40,660 bases of DNA from a bacterium (GTDB lineage: Bacteria; JAJRZV01), in contig JAJRZV010000093.1 of the NCBI GenBank assembly GCA_024275095.1, positions 1-40,660 of the forward strand. The letters are read 5' to 3'. A program made the position numbers and the translations under genes. Shown here in pieces: positions 10,105 through 19,072 of this stretch. Below the pieces are notes generated by a model. That model searched no databases and was not told where the DNA came from. It was given only the letters and a program-made list of their open reading frames with translations. Position 1 is the stretch's first letter. Each line of letters begins with the position of its first letter.

Positions 10105-10138
10105 GAACAAAAAGAACTCAAAGAACTCGAAAGAACTC
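10102..10138. repeat. Short tandem direct repeat AAAGAACTC x3 plus one degenerate copy
   Basis: Copies at 10111-10119, 10120-10128 and 10130-10138; degenerate CAAGAACAA at 10102-10110. Confidence 0.8.
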
Positions 10139-10366
10139 CCTTACTCGAGAAGGGCTTGTGCGTTGGCCCGGGAGAAAGGCGAAAAGTTAAAAATGTTTCG
10201 TGGATAGACATTTTGTATTTTCTATGCCCGGGCCAAAGCTCAATTTTCCTGATTTACTCAAAGCACTGCTACAGCAATATCTTCCTCAGCTACCTGCTAC
10301 CTGCCTGAAAGCTTCCGCTGACCCTCCACTTGTCAAGTTCTCCGCTTCAGGTGGAGCAATACATGA

Positions 10367-10880
10367 TCATTTTTCAAATACAAGGATATTAACAAACTCA
10401 GACGATGAACATTTATCCGTATGATCCACGCATACAGTACAACCTGCTGATAAACAAATCAAACGTTCTTTTGCACTCTCACGTATCAAAGCTGCTGTGC
10501 CCTCTATGCTACACCCAGCATCTCCCAACACAGGCTCCTCCTCAACAACCTCACCTCCCCTTATTTCCAGCTTCACCACATCATAACCACGCCGTGTATA
10601 AATCGCGTTCGTGGCTCTATCAAAAAAACTTCACCAAAATCAATCATTGCATCCTTAGAATTCCTCCCATACACCACCAGATACTGAACATGTGTATACC
10701 TTTGAAAATGAGCTAAACCATGAAGGTGGTTTTACGACCACATACAAAGCATCTCTCCCCGCCCCAACGATCATGTCTGCCTCAATCTAAAGCCGGTATC
10801 TCCTCCCCCTGACCAACCACTTTTAAAAACTCCAGCTCTCTCTTAAAACCATCCAGCACAGGAATATAAACACTATCCAT
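10367..10880 (-). pseudogene. Degenerate gene remnant of unknown family
   Basis: Protein-like segments in successive minus-strand frames (MDSVYIPVLDGFKRELEFLKVV / IEADMIVGAGRDALYVVV / AHFQRYTHVQYLVVYG / FDRATNAIYTRRGYDVVKLEIRGGEVVEEE); one junction falls in the A7 run at 10622-10628. Confidence 0.4.
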
Positions 10881-11287
10881 AAATTGTTTAAACGCAAAAC
10901 ATCTGTCAAGAACTTTTTTGTGAGTAAATTTTGCGGGCCTGCAAAAATTAATTGATATTCTATGATTTAACAATTAAACCTCGGCAACTCTTGAACTTTC
11001 AAAAGGATTTCCGCCAGGGCAAAGACGAATATCTGAAAAACAACAATTTTCAAGGCACCATCCCACGCGCCAGCGCCAGAGAAAACACCGCAACACTACG
11101 GGCGGGACATACGCACGGTAAGCGTGCAAAAAATCGTGGCCCTGATGTCAGACCAGCCACGGTCCTGAAACACGCGGGGTCCGAGAAAATGAAGATCCCG
11201 CGTGAGTAGGGGGATGTTTGCAAAAGGTTTATTGGAGCCAGGTGAAAGCACATTTCCCCCCGAATTTGTGATAGTATTTTGTGCGCC

Positions 11288-11629
11288 ATGGTCAAAAAAG
11301 TCGTTTTTTCAGAAGCGGAGCGCGTGCGCTGGCAGGTGGCTTTCGACGAGGGGAACTGGCTGCTGGGGATTTATCGCCCGGAGTTCGGCTCGCGGGAAGA
11401 GGTAAAAGAGCTGGAAAAACACGATGCTCCCGAGCTCTTTCTTCTGCTGGAAGGCCGGGTTGTGCTGCTTCTCCAGGAAGAGGAGGAAGAGGTGAAAGAG
11501 CTGGAACTTCGGGCGGGAGAGGCTGTGATTCTCGATTGCTGGCATAACGCTTACAGTCCGGACCGCAGCGGCCAGGCGCTGGTTGTGGAGCGCACAGGCG
11601 TGAGGACGGAGTTCAAACCTCTTGCATGA
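11288..11629 (+). CDS. Small cupin-fold protein
   Basis: LEKHDAPELFLLLEG..LRAGEAVILDCWHN resembles the two cupin motifs; overlaps the 3' end of lhgO convergently. Confidence 0.65.
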   Translation: MVKKVVFSEAERVRWQVAFDEGNWLLGIYRPEFGSREEVKELEKHDAPELFLLLEGRVVLLLQEEEEEVKELELRAGEAVILDCWHNAYSPDRSGQALVVERTGVRTEFKPLA

Positions 11630-12797
11630 GGTCTGCCACGTAACGCGCAAAGCTCATGGACGAAGTGAAAGCGGGGGAGACCGCGTTGAGCACGTGAACG
11701 CTTTTTTCCCCCTTCAGCACAATAAAGTCCATGATGAGTTTCTTTTCTTTCCAGTCCACGAGCTGGGCACGTATGCCCACCTTGCTGCTTTTCAGAAGGT
11801 CGCCGCGCTGAAGAGAAGGCACGAGCGCGCGTGCATCCCGGTAGAGACCTGACAGCAGGTACCTTCCCGCTTCCCTGGATGCCACGGCGCGAAAGGCGGG
11901 ATTACTGAGAAAGAGCAGAGCGTCCCTCCAGGCAATGGAAAGGAACTCGCCGTTCATCCCTTTCAACAGTCCGTAATTCTCCCGTCCCAGCGCAGGGGTG
12001 GCTGTAGGTCCTGCATACACGTTGCCATCTGCGGAAGGTGTGAAGTGCACTCCCAGGAAGGGGTTGACCAGGTCCGGCACGGGATAGATGTTGCCTCTTA
12101 CCAGGTGTTTTTTTTCGGGATGGAGTTTCCTGTAGAGACCCTTGAAGGGAATGAGGCGGTAGTTCAAGCCAATACCAAACGCGTGGGCGATGCGGTCGCT
12201 GTAGGCCCCCGCAGCATTGAGAAGGACGCTGTATTTTACAGTGCCCCGGGAGGTGAGCAATTCCCCGGAACGCATGGGTTTAAGAGCGCGCGTGTTGAAG
12301 AGAAACCGCACTTTGCCTGTATTTGAGAGTTCTTCTACCAGGGCCTTCAGCACTTTCCGGGGTTCAACCACTGCTGTTTCAGGAGAGTAAAGTGCTTTCT
12401 CAACGGTACGGGCATAAGGCTCCAGTTCGTGCAGTTCCTTTTCGTCAATGATTTTCACCTCTACCCCTGCGCTTTCCGCCCGGCTCTGGAGCTCGTAGAG
12501 CCTTTCCAGTTCTTCAGGAGTTTTCGTAACAATGACCTTGCCGCATTCCAGCAAAGGCAGGCCTTTTTCCCGGCAGTATGCCTTCATAAGGCGGTTGCCC
12601 TCAACGCAGAAACGGGCCTTGAACGAGTCAGGGGTGTAATAAATGCCTGCATGCAGCACGCCGCTGTTGCGGCCGCTGGCATGTGCGCCGACGGTATCCT
12701 CCTTCTCCAGGATGAGAATGTCGTCTGCACCCCTCCGGACCAGTTCCCGTGCCACTGTCAGCCCGACTATGCCTGCTCCGATGATTAAAGTGCTCAT
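11613..12797 (-). CDS. lhgO: L-2-hydroxyglutarate oxidase family FAD oxidoreductase
   Basis: IIGAGIVGL, HASGRNSGVLHAGIYY, IYPVPD..PFLGVHFT, GIRAQLVD, HVLNAVSPAFTSS; GGAG upstream of ATG 12797. Confidence 0.9.
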   Translation of the reverse strand: MSTLIIGAGIVGLTVARELVRRGADDILILEKEDTVGAHASGRNSGVLHAGIYYTPDSFKARFCVEGNRLMKAYCREKGLPLLECGKVIVTKTPEELERLYELQSRAESAGVEVKIIDEKELHELEPYARTVEKALYSPETAVVEPRKVLKALVEELSNTGKVRFLFNTRALKPMRSGELLTSRGTVKYSVLLNAAGAYSDRIAHAFGIGLNYRLIPFKGLYRKLHPEKKHLVRGNIYPVPDLVNPFLGVHFTPSADGNVYAGPTATPALGRENYGLLKGMNGEFLSIAWRDALLFLSNPAFRAVASREAGRYLLSGLYRDARALVPSLQRGDLLKSSKVGIRAQLVDWKEKKLIMDFIVLKGEKSVHVLNAVSPAFTSSMSFARYVADLMQEV

Positions 12798-12893
12798 GAC
12801 TGCCCTCCATGAACTGGGTTGAATTTTCAGAAGTTTTACTCTTGATGTAAAACCAAACCCGCATTGCCCGGGAGGAAATGATTGATTATTTAT

Positions 12894-12933
12894 GCTCAAA
12901 AAATTTGAGCCTTATTCATTCCTCCATTATAAT
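12894..12933 (+). promoter_or_regulatory. Promoter and overlapping palindromic operator of the SSS-galK operon
   Basis: TTGAGC(12905)-N17-TATAAT(12928)-N6-ATG(12940); perfect inverted repeat GCTCAAA-N3-TTTGAGC at 12894-12910. Confidence 0.65.
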
Positions 12934-12939
12934 CCTTCC

Positions 12940-14592
12940 ATGGCCGCCATTCATCTTACCCCGGTTGACTGGCTTATCGTTGTTCTCTATTTCGTATTTA
13001 TCATCGGGATTGGACTTTATCTCAAGAGATACACTGTCACAGGCGAGGACTTTTTCTTAGCAGGGCGTAGAAGCAGTGCCTGGGTGGCAGGCCTCGCGTT
13101 TCTCTCAGCCAACCTGGGCGCACTGGAAATACTGGGATGGACCGGTGCCACGTACAAGTATGGAATGTTTGTCGCACACTTTTACTGGATCGGTGCCATT
13201 CCGGCCATGCTCTTTTTGGGCCTTTACATGATGCCCTTTTACTACAGCAGTCGCATTCATTCCATTCCAGGATATCTGAAACTTCGATTTGACGAGAAAA
13301 CGCGGGTTCTCAACGCCATTTCCTTCGGTATCATGACGGTCCTCATGTCCGGCATCAATATGTACCTCATGGCCCTGGTGTTTCGTATTTTCTTGGGGTG
13401 GAACTGGGACGTGAGCATATGGGTGTCAGCACTGGCCGTTGGATGCTACGTGGCGCTGGGAGGTCTCACGTCTGCAATTTTTACCGAAATTGTACAGTTT
13501 TTCCTTATCTGGTTCGGACTTTTTCTCGTGACCATCCTCGGGCTGGTAGAAGTTAAAGGACACGTATTCCAGGGCCTTCCAGAGGCCATGACGTCTCTCT
13601 GGGCGGTGTCTGCACATGCTGCTGAGAATCCCATGGGCGTGACCTGGCTGGGGATTGTACTGGGATTGGGCTTTGTGCTTTCCTTCGGGTACTGGACCAC
13701 GGATTTCCTCGTGGTACAGAGGGCTTTTTCATCCAGGGATTTGAGAACGGCGCAGATGTGTCCTGTCATTGCTTCGTACTTCAAGATGGCCCTTCCGTTT
13801 ATCGTGGTGGGCGCAGGCCTCATCGCGTACAAGCTCGGCATGGCAGGCAAGCTTCACCTCATGCTGGACGAGTCAGGCAAACCCAATTACGATTCTGCCC
13901 TGCCCCTTCTCCTGGCCCGATATTATCCTCCAGGCCTGGTGGGCCTGGGAGTGACCGCGCTTCTTGCAGGATTCATGGCCGGACAGGCTGGAAACATCAG
14001 CGCATTCAATACAGTATGGACCTACGATATATACAAAGCGGTGATAAAAAGAGACGCTCCCGACGAACACCTGGTATGGATGGGGCGCGTGGTTACCATC
14101 ATCGGGATCATTCTCAGCGTTGGTGCCGCTTACTGGGCCAAGCAATTCCCTACCATCATGGATTACATCCAGGCCATATTTTCATGGGTAAACGCACCCC
14201 TGTTCGCCACCATGCTCCTTGGCATGTTCTGGAAGCGAACAACTTCTGATGGTGCTTTTTACGGGTTGCTGGTGGGTATGGTTGCCTCTTTCCTCATGTT
14301 TCTCGGCCTTCGCTTCGGGTGGCTGGACTCGTACTGGTTGACGTTTTCACACAATGCCAGCGACATGAGCAACAACCTGTGGAGGGCGTTCTGGGCCTGG
14401 CTGATATGTTTCGTGCTGACCATTGTTATCAGCCTTGTTACACAACCCAAGGAAGAGAAAGAGCTGGAAGGACTTGTCATGGGGCTGACGCCCATGCCGG
14501 AACATCGTTCCTATCCCCTGATTCAGCGCCCGTCATTCTGGGCAGCCGTGTCGTTTGTGGTGTTGATTGTGCTTAATATTTATTTCTGGTGA
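12940..14592 (+). CDS. Sodium:solute symporter (probable galactose/sugar transporter)
   Basis: DFFLAGR, FLSANLGALE, IPGYLKLRF, YWTTDFLVVQRA, AFNTVWTYDIY; many TM helices; upstream of galK. Confidence 0.9.
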   Translation: MAAIHLTPVDWLIVVLYFVFIIGIGLYLKRYTVTGEDFFLAGRRSSAWVAGLAFLSANLGALEILGWTGATYKYGMFVAHFYWIGAIPAMLFLGLYMMPFYYSSRIHSIPGYLKLRFDEKTRVLNAISFGIMTVLMSGINMYLMALVFRIFLGWNWDVSIWVSALAVGCYVALGGLTSAIFTEIVQFFLIWFGLFLVTILGLVEVKGHVFQGLPEAMTSLWAVSAHAAENPMGVTWLGIVLGLGFVLSFGYWTTDFLVVQRAFSSRDLRTAQMCPVIASYFKMALPFIVVGAGLIAYKLGMAGKLHLMLDESGKPNYDSALPLLLARYYPPGLVGLGVTALLAGFMAGQAGNISAFNTVWTYDIYKAVIKRDAPDEHLVWMGRVVTIIGIILSVGAAYWAKQFPTIMDYIQAIFSWVNAPLFATMLLGMFWKRTTSDGAFYGLLVGMVASFLMFLGLRFGWLDSYWLTFSHNASDMSNNLWRAFWAWLICFVLTIVISLVTQPKEEKELEGLVMGLTPMPEHRSYPLIQRPSFWAAVSFVVLIVLNIYFW

Positions 14593-14601
14593 GGTGTTCA
14601 G

Positions 14602-14814
14602 GTGGCTGAACGCATGGTAACCGTGTGGGAATGGGTGGGAGCGGTTCTCCTGACATACGGCGTGATTATTTTCCTTACAGGTTTGTACCTGCTCTATCGG
14701 CCGCATACTTCTACAGAGCTTCATCATCTCTATCCCAACCTGTGGTGGGGCGGTGTGATGATCATGGCCGGATTGATTTTTCTCGTGTTCCCCAGAAGGG
14801 CCGGCAGTGATTGA
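14602..14814 (+). CDS. Small two-TM membrane protein associated with the SSS transporter
   Basis: GTG start after GAGGTG; two hydrophobic helices flanking HLYPNLWWG; overlaps the galK start. Confidence 0.7.
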   Translation: MAERMVTVWEWVGAVLLTYGVIIFLTGLYLLYRPHTSTELHHLYPNLWWGGVMIMAGLIFLVFPRRAGSD

Positions 14815-15982
14815 AAACGAATACCTGAGCTTTCTCAAACACGAGCTCAACAATGTGTTCGGGTATTCACGTGAAAGGGTATGTTTTTCATTTGCCCCCG
14901 GAAGGGTGAACCTTATCGGTGAACATACCGATTACCACGAGGGCTTTGTTTTTCCTGTGGCCGTAAACCTCAGGACCTTTGTGGCGGGACGTTTACGCAG
15001 GGATGACCTGGTGTGTGCCTGCAGCGTAAACAATCGCCAGAAGATTGAGTTTCGACTATCTGAACTCGCCCCTCCGGGTCAGAGTCTATGGTGGACGTAC
15101 GCACTGGGTCCCATCTACGTTTTACGCGAGGAGAAAATCCACCTGGACGGAATGGAATTTGTCATTTACGGCGAAGTGCCTCAGGGCGGTGGACTCAGCT
15201 CATCTGCAGCGCTGGAAGTGGCCGTGCTCCTTTTTGTTAACTCCTTGTTTAACCTCAGCCTTCCCCCAGATAAAGTTGCTTACCTGGCGCGCCGTGCAGA
15301 AAATGAGTTCGCAGGAGTGCCCTGTGGCATCATGGACCAGTGGGCAGCGGTGTTCGGAAGAGAAGGCCACGCCCTGTTCATTGATTGTCGCGGTATGGAA
15401 ACAGAGTTTGTGCCGGTTCCCGGAAGATGGTCAATAGTCGTCTGTGACTCAGGCGTGAGACACAGCCTCGCTTCATCCGAATATGCGAAACGCCAGGAAG
15501 AATGTCGTGAATGTTTGCTGGCGGTTCGGCGAAAACATCCACATGTGAAGGCACTCCTAGATGTAACAGAAGAAATGCTGGAGGAAGTCAGGGGGGAAAT
15601 CAGCGAGGTGGCTTACAGGCGTTGCTCTTACGTGCTGGAGGAAAATCGCCGTGTACTGGAAGCGAAAGAGGCACTGCGCACGGGTAACAGGGAGAAGGTG
15701 CGAGAGCTTTTTGGGGGGTCGCATGAAGGGCTGCGTTATAAGTATGAGGTTTCGTGCAGCGAACTGGACGTGCTGGTGGAGATTGCCGGGAGCATTCCTG
15801 GAGTGGTCGGTGCACGCATGACAGGTGGGGGTTTTGGAGGGAATACCGTGAACCTGGTGGAAAAGGGAATGGAGGAGGAGTTTGGGCGTATTATTTGTCA
15901 GGAATATAAAAAACACACAGGAAAAGAGGTAAAGGTGAGAGTGCTCGAGGCGGGGGAAGGAGGAAGGGCGTGGCAGGAGTGA
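14807..15982 (+). CDS. galK: Galactokinase
   Basis: APGRVNLIGEHTDY, PQGGGLSSSAALE, CGIMDQ, GARMTGGGFGG. Confidence 0.95.
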   Translation: MIENEYLSFLKHELNNVFGYSRERVCFSFAPGRVNLIGEHTDYHEGFVFPVAVNLRTFVAGRLRRDDLVCACSVNNRQKIEFRLSELAPPGQSLWWTYALGPIYVLREEKIHLDGMEFVIYGEVPQGGGLSSSAALEVAVLLFVNSLFNLSLPPDKVAYLARRAENEFAGVPCGIMDQWAAVFGREGHALFIDCRGMETEFVPVPGRWSIVVCDSGVRHSLASSEYAKRQEECRECLLAVRRKHPHVKALLDVTEEMLEEVRGEISEVAYRRCSYVLEENRRVLEAKEALRTGNREKVRELFGGSHEGLRYKYEVSCSELDVLVEIAGSIPGVVGARMTGGGFGGNTVNLVEKGMEEEFGRIICQEYKKHTGKEVKVRVLEAGEGGRAWQE

Positions 15983-17778
15983 CAAGAGAAGAAATTTTTT
16001 CTCGCTGTACCAGCTTGAAGGAATTTGTAGATACACATCCGGATGCATTGCAGCTTTTCAATGCGCTCCTTGAAAGGGAAATGGGGGGTACATTTGTTAA
16101 GTACCTGAAAGATGCGAACGGAGAGGTGCTGAAGACTTTTTTCTCTGAAATCGCCCGAGCTGACCTGGAACGACTGAGCCTGCATCGCAAAGTGCTTCTG
16201 GAACATCTGAGCGGCAAAGAGGAGAGGAAGCTGAGCCTTGAGGACGTTGAGCCTGTTGTCCAGGAAGGACCTTCAAGGGGCAATGAAAGTAGCGGAAAAG
16301 CATCATTGCAGAAAGGCGAATGGGCCTGCGCTGTGCTTGCCGGTGGCTCGGGCACGCGGTTTTTCGCTGCACTGTCCGATGATTCACCTTACAAAAAGGT
16401 GAAAGCAAAAGGTCTTTTCCCCATTACTCCCGTGGCCGAACATTCTTTCCTTGAACTGTTTTGTGGAGAACTGCTTGAGAATGCAATTTCATCCGGTGTT
16501 TTCCCTCCCTGGGTAGTAATGGTAAGCAGAGTTACACATCACGACGTTGAGGACTTCATTGCTCAGGAGCCATGGGGATTACCCCGCGATTGTGTGTTGC
16601 TCATCCATCAGGCAGAACATCCCCGGCTTGACCATGAAGGTGATCCTGTCGCGGATGAGGAAGGGTATCTTATATGGAGCGGGGACGGGCACGGTGGATT
16701 GTACCTTGCAATGCTGAAGAAAGGTGATGGCGGGTTTTCTTCTCTCGAGCGTCTTAAAAACTGGGGCGTTAGATACCTGGTCCTTCACAACGTGGATAAT
16801 GCCCTTGCGCGGCCACTGGATCCTGCAAGGCTTGGTTTTCACGTGGATGGGAACTACATGCTCACGTTTTCATGTACGGGCAGGCGTGATGTTTCTGAAA
16901 AAATGGGGGTGGTGGTTTACCTGAAAAGCAAGGGTCGCTACGAGGTGATGGAGTACAGTGTTGCGGAACCGGAAATTTACGAAGCACGAAGGAATGGTTC
17001 AAAGGAACTTCTTTTCAATGCTGGTCATATCAACACCAATCTGGTTTCTCTGGATGCAGTTTCCCCCCGTCTGGAACCCACTTTGTACACGGGGAAACCG
17101 GTGAAAATAAGAGATCAAATAGTGCAGACGAGCACTCTCGAGTACCTCAATCAGCATCTGTCAAGGCTTCTGCCCCCTGAAAAAGTGGGGGTTTACTGGG
17201 TGGAGCGCACGGAGTTTTTCTCACCGACCAAATCACTGACAGGTGAAGATTCTGCTGAAACCACAAAAAAACTGCTGTCCGATTATTTCCGCAGACGACT
17301 GGAGGCATGCGGGGCCAGGGTTGCTGCTGATGCCGTTGTTGAAGTCACGCCCTGCATGGGATTTAGCCAGGAAAGGTTGAGGAGTTCCGGTGCAGGTAAG
17401 AACTGGACCGTTGCAGAAAAGGCCAGGCTTTACTTAGGAGCGCTCTTTGGACCGGGAGGAAGACAACCTTATGGCCCTGATCTGAAAGTGGGAAAGAATG
17501 CTTCTTTGGTCATAAAGGTCAACAGGCCCTTTGGAGAAATAAGGGTGAATCCTGAAACCCGGCGTGTAGAACATGATCCTGAAGAAGCAGGGAGAATTTT
17601 AATGGGTAAGGGTGTCGAAATTGGCGAAGGTGTGGAGGTTGTAGTGGAACTGGAAGGAAATGCTGTGGTGAGAATACCCGATGGGGAAAAATTTAACAGG
17701 AATATACATGTGCGTGTAGGTGAAGGCGAAAGCGTTGTCCTTACATCTCAGGGACCACGTCACTGTAATCCTGAGTAA
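15970..17778 (+). CDS. UDPGP-family UTP:sugar-1-phosphate uridylyltransferase (UAP1/USP-like)
   Basis: LAGGSGTR, KGLFPI, GDGHGG, HNVDNAL, EKMGV, VMEYS, FNAGHIN, FSPTK; C-terminal beta-rich extension. Confidence 0.8.
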   Translation: MAGVTREEIFSRCTSLKEFVDTHPDALQLFNALLEREMGGTFVKYLKDANGEVLKTFFSEIARADLERLSLHRKVLLEHLSGKEERKLSLEDVEPVVQEGPSRGNESSGKASLQKGEWACAVLAGGSGTRFFAALSDDSPYKKVKAKGLFPITPVAEHSFLELFCGELLENAISSGVFPPWVVMVSRVTHHDVEDFIAQEPWGLPRDCVLLIHQAEHPRLDHEGDPVADEEGYLIWSGDGHGGLYLAMLKKGDGGFSSLERLKNWGVRYLVLHNVDNALARPLDPARLGFHVDGNYMLTFSCTGRRDVSEKMGVVVYLKSKGRYEVMEYSVAEPEIYEARRNGSKELLFNAGHINTNLVSLDAVSPRLEPTLYTGKPVKIRDQIVQTSTLEYLNQHLSRLLPPEKVGVYWVERTEFFSPTKSLTGEDSAETTKKLLSDYFRRRLEACGARVAADAVVEVTPCMGFSQERLRSSGAGKNWTVAEKARLYLGALFGPGGRQPYGPDLKVGKNASLVIKVNRPFGEIRVNPETRRVEHDPEEAGRILMGKGVEIGEGVEVVVELEGNAVVRIPDGEKFNRNIHVRVGEGESVVLTSQGPRHCNPE

Positions 17779-17878
17779 TAACTGTTCTGCTGTTTCACAG
17801 GAGTGTAATCTCACCCGCTTGTGTTCTCCTCTTCGATGGGGATGGGTCCTTTGTGGGAGGTGTGCGTGAAACCAAACG

Positions 17879-18868
17879 CTATTGAGAAGACTCCTTGCGC
17901 TCCCATTCCCATGCTGTTTTCACAATGAATTCCAGGTCATCGTAACGTGGTTTCCATCCAAGGGTTTGCTTGATACGCGCAGGGTCTGCAATAAGCACGG
18001 GAGGGTCGCCCGGCCGCCTGGGTCCGATGTTTACCGGGAAATCAACACCGGTGACTTTTTTCACCACGTCCACAACTTCCCGCACTGAATAACCACGACC
18101 GTAGCCACAGTTGAATACAGCACTGTCTGCTCCTGATAGAAGATATTCTGCCGCGAGCACATGTGCTTCAGCCAGGTCAAGCACGTGTATATAGTCACGA
18201 ATACACGTGCCGTCGGGTGTGGGATAGTCGTCCCCGTATATGGTGAAAGATGGGAGTTCCCCCTTCGCTGTTTTGAGTAGCAGTGGGATGAGATGAGTTT
18301 CGGGTCGGTGGCGTTCTCCCAGGCGGGCATCGATGCTTGCCCCCGAGGCGTTGAAATACCGCAGAGACACAAACCGAATGGCACCTGCGTTGCTCAGGTC
18401 CTGAAGCACTGTTTCCACAGCTGCCTTGGATCGGCCGTAGGGATTGGCAGGCCGAAAAGGCGCGCCCTCCGGGATGGGTACGGTGTCGGTGAGCCCGTAC
18501 ACAGCCGCAGAGGATGAAAAGATAAAGAGTTCCACTCCGGCCTCCTGCATTGCTTGAAGGAGCATGATCGTTTTACTCAGGTTGTTGAGGTAATATTTCA
18601 TGGGATTTCGTACGGATTCTTCCGCCTGTATGAATGCGGCAAAGTGGATGACTATGCGGGGCCTGAAGCTGGAGAGGGTCTCTTTCATGGCGGACAGGTT
18701 GCCGATGTCCACCTTTTTCAATTCCCCGTACGTGATGAATTCCCGGTAGCCTGACGAGAGGTTGTCAACAACCAGGATGTCCGCTCCCTTTTCTCCAAGG
18801 AGACGCAGTGTGTGGCTGCCGATGTAGCCGGCACCGCCTGTTACGAGTATTCTTGTATTCTTCAACAT
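17879..18868 (-). CDS. galE: UDP-glucose 4-epimerase
   Basis: VTGGAGYIGSH, FSSSAAVYG, PYGRSK, LRYFNASG, PDGTCIRDYIHVLDLA. Confidence 0.95.
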   Translation of the reverse strand: MLKNTRILVTGGAGYIGSHTLRLLGEKGADILVVDNLSSGYREFITYGELKKVDIGNLSAMKETLSSFRPRIVIHFAAFIQAEESVRNPMKYYLNNLSKTIMLLQAMQEAGVELFIFSSSAAVYGLTDTVPIPEGAPFRPANPYGRSKAAVETVLQDLSNAGAIRFVSLRYFNASGASIDARLGERHRPETHLIPLLLKTAKGELPSFTIYGDDYPTPDGTCIRDYIHVLDLAEAHVLAAEYLLSGADSAVFNCGYGRGYSVREVVDVVKKVTGVDFPVNIGPRRPGDPPVLIADPARIKQTLGWKPRYDDLEFIVKTAWEWERKESSQ

Positions 18869-19072
18869 CTCCAGCTCCTTTTAAAAGGGCATTTTAACTG
18901 GAAGGGGATTTGCTCACAAAGCATAAACAGGTTTCTTGGCAGTGATTACAAGGATTATTTTTTGAGCAGCGTCGTAATCCCGTAGAGACATGATGGTCTG
19001 GTCACAGGTGCAGAATACGCAAAGGGTAATGGCTAAATTTTCCCTTGACGAGGCATGCGGTGTGAGGATTTA

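Noticed and set aside
10102-10138. CRISPR array
   Set aside because: Repeats are 9 bp with no spacers, and there are no cas genes.
11141-11206. Hammerhead ribozyme (CTGATG..GAAAC plus stem)
   Set aside because: The core reads CUGAUGU rather than CUGANGA and stem III is not followed by the UH cleavage site.
10200-11295. Short ORFs 10200-10424, 10405-10716, 10952-11209 (+) and 11050-11295 (-)
   Set aside because: No motifs or convincing ribosome-binding sites; they overlap the relic gene or the hairpin cluster.
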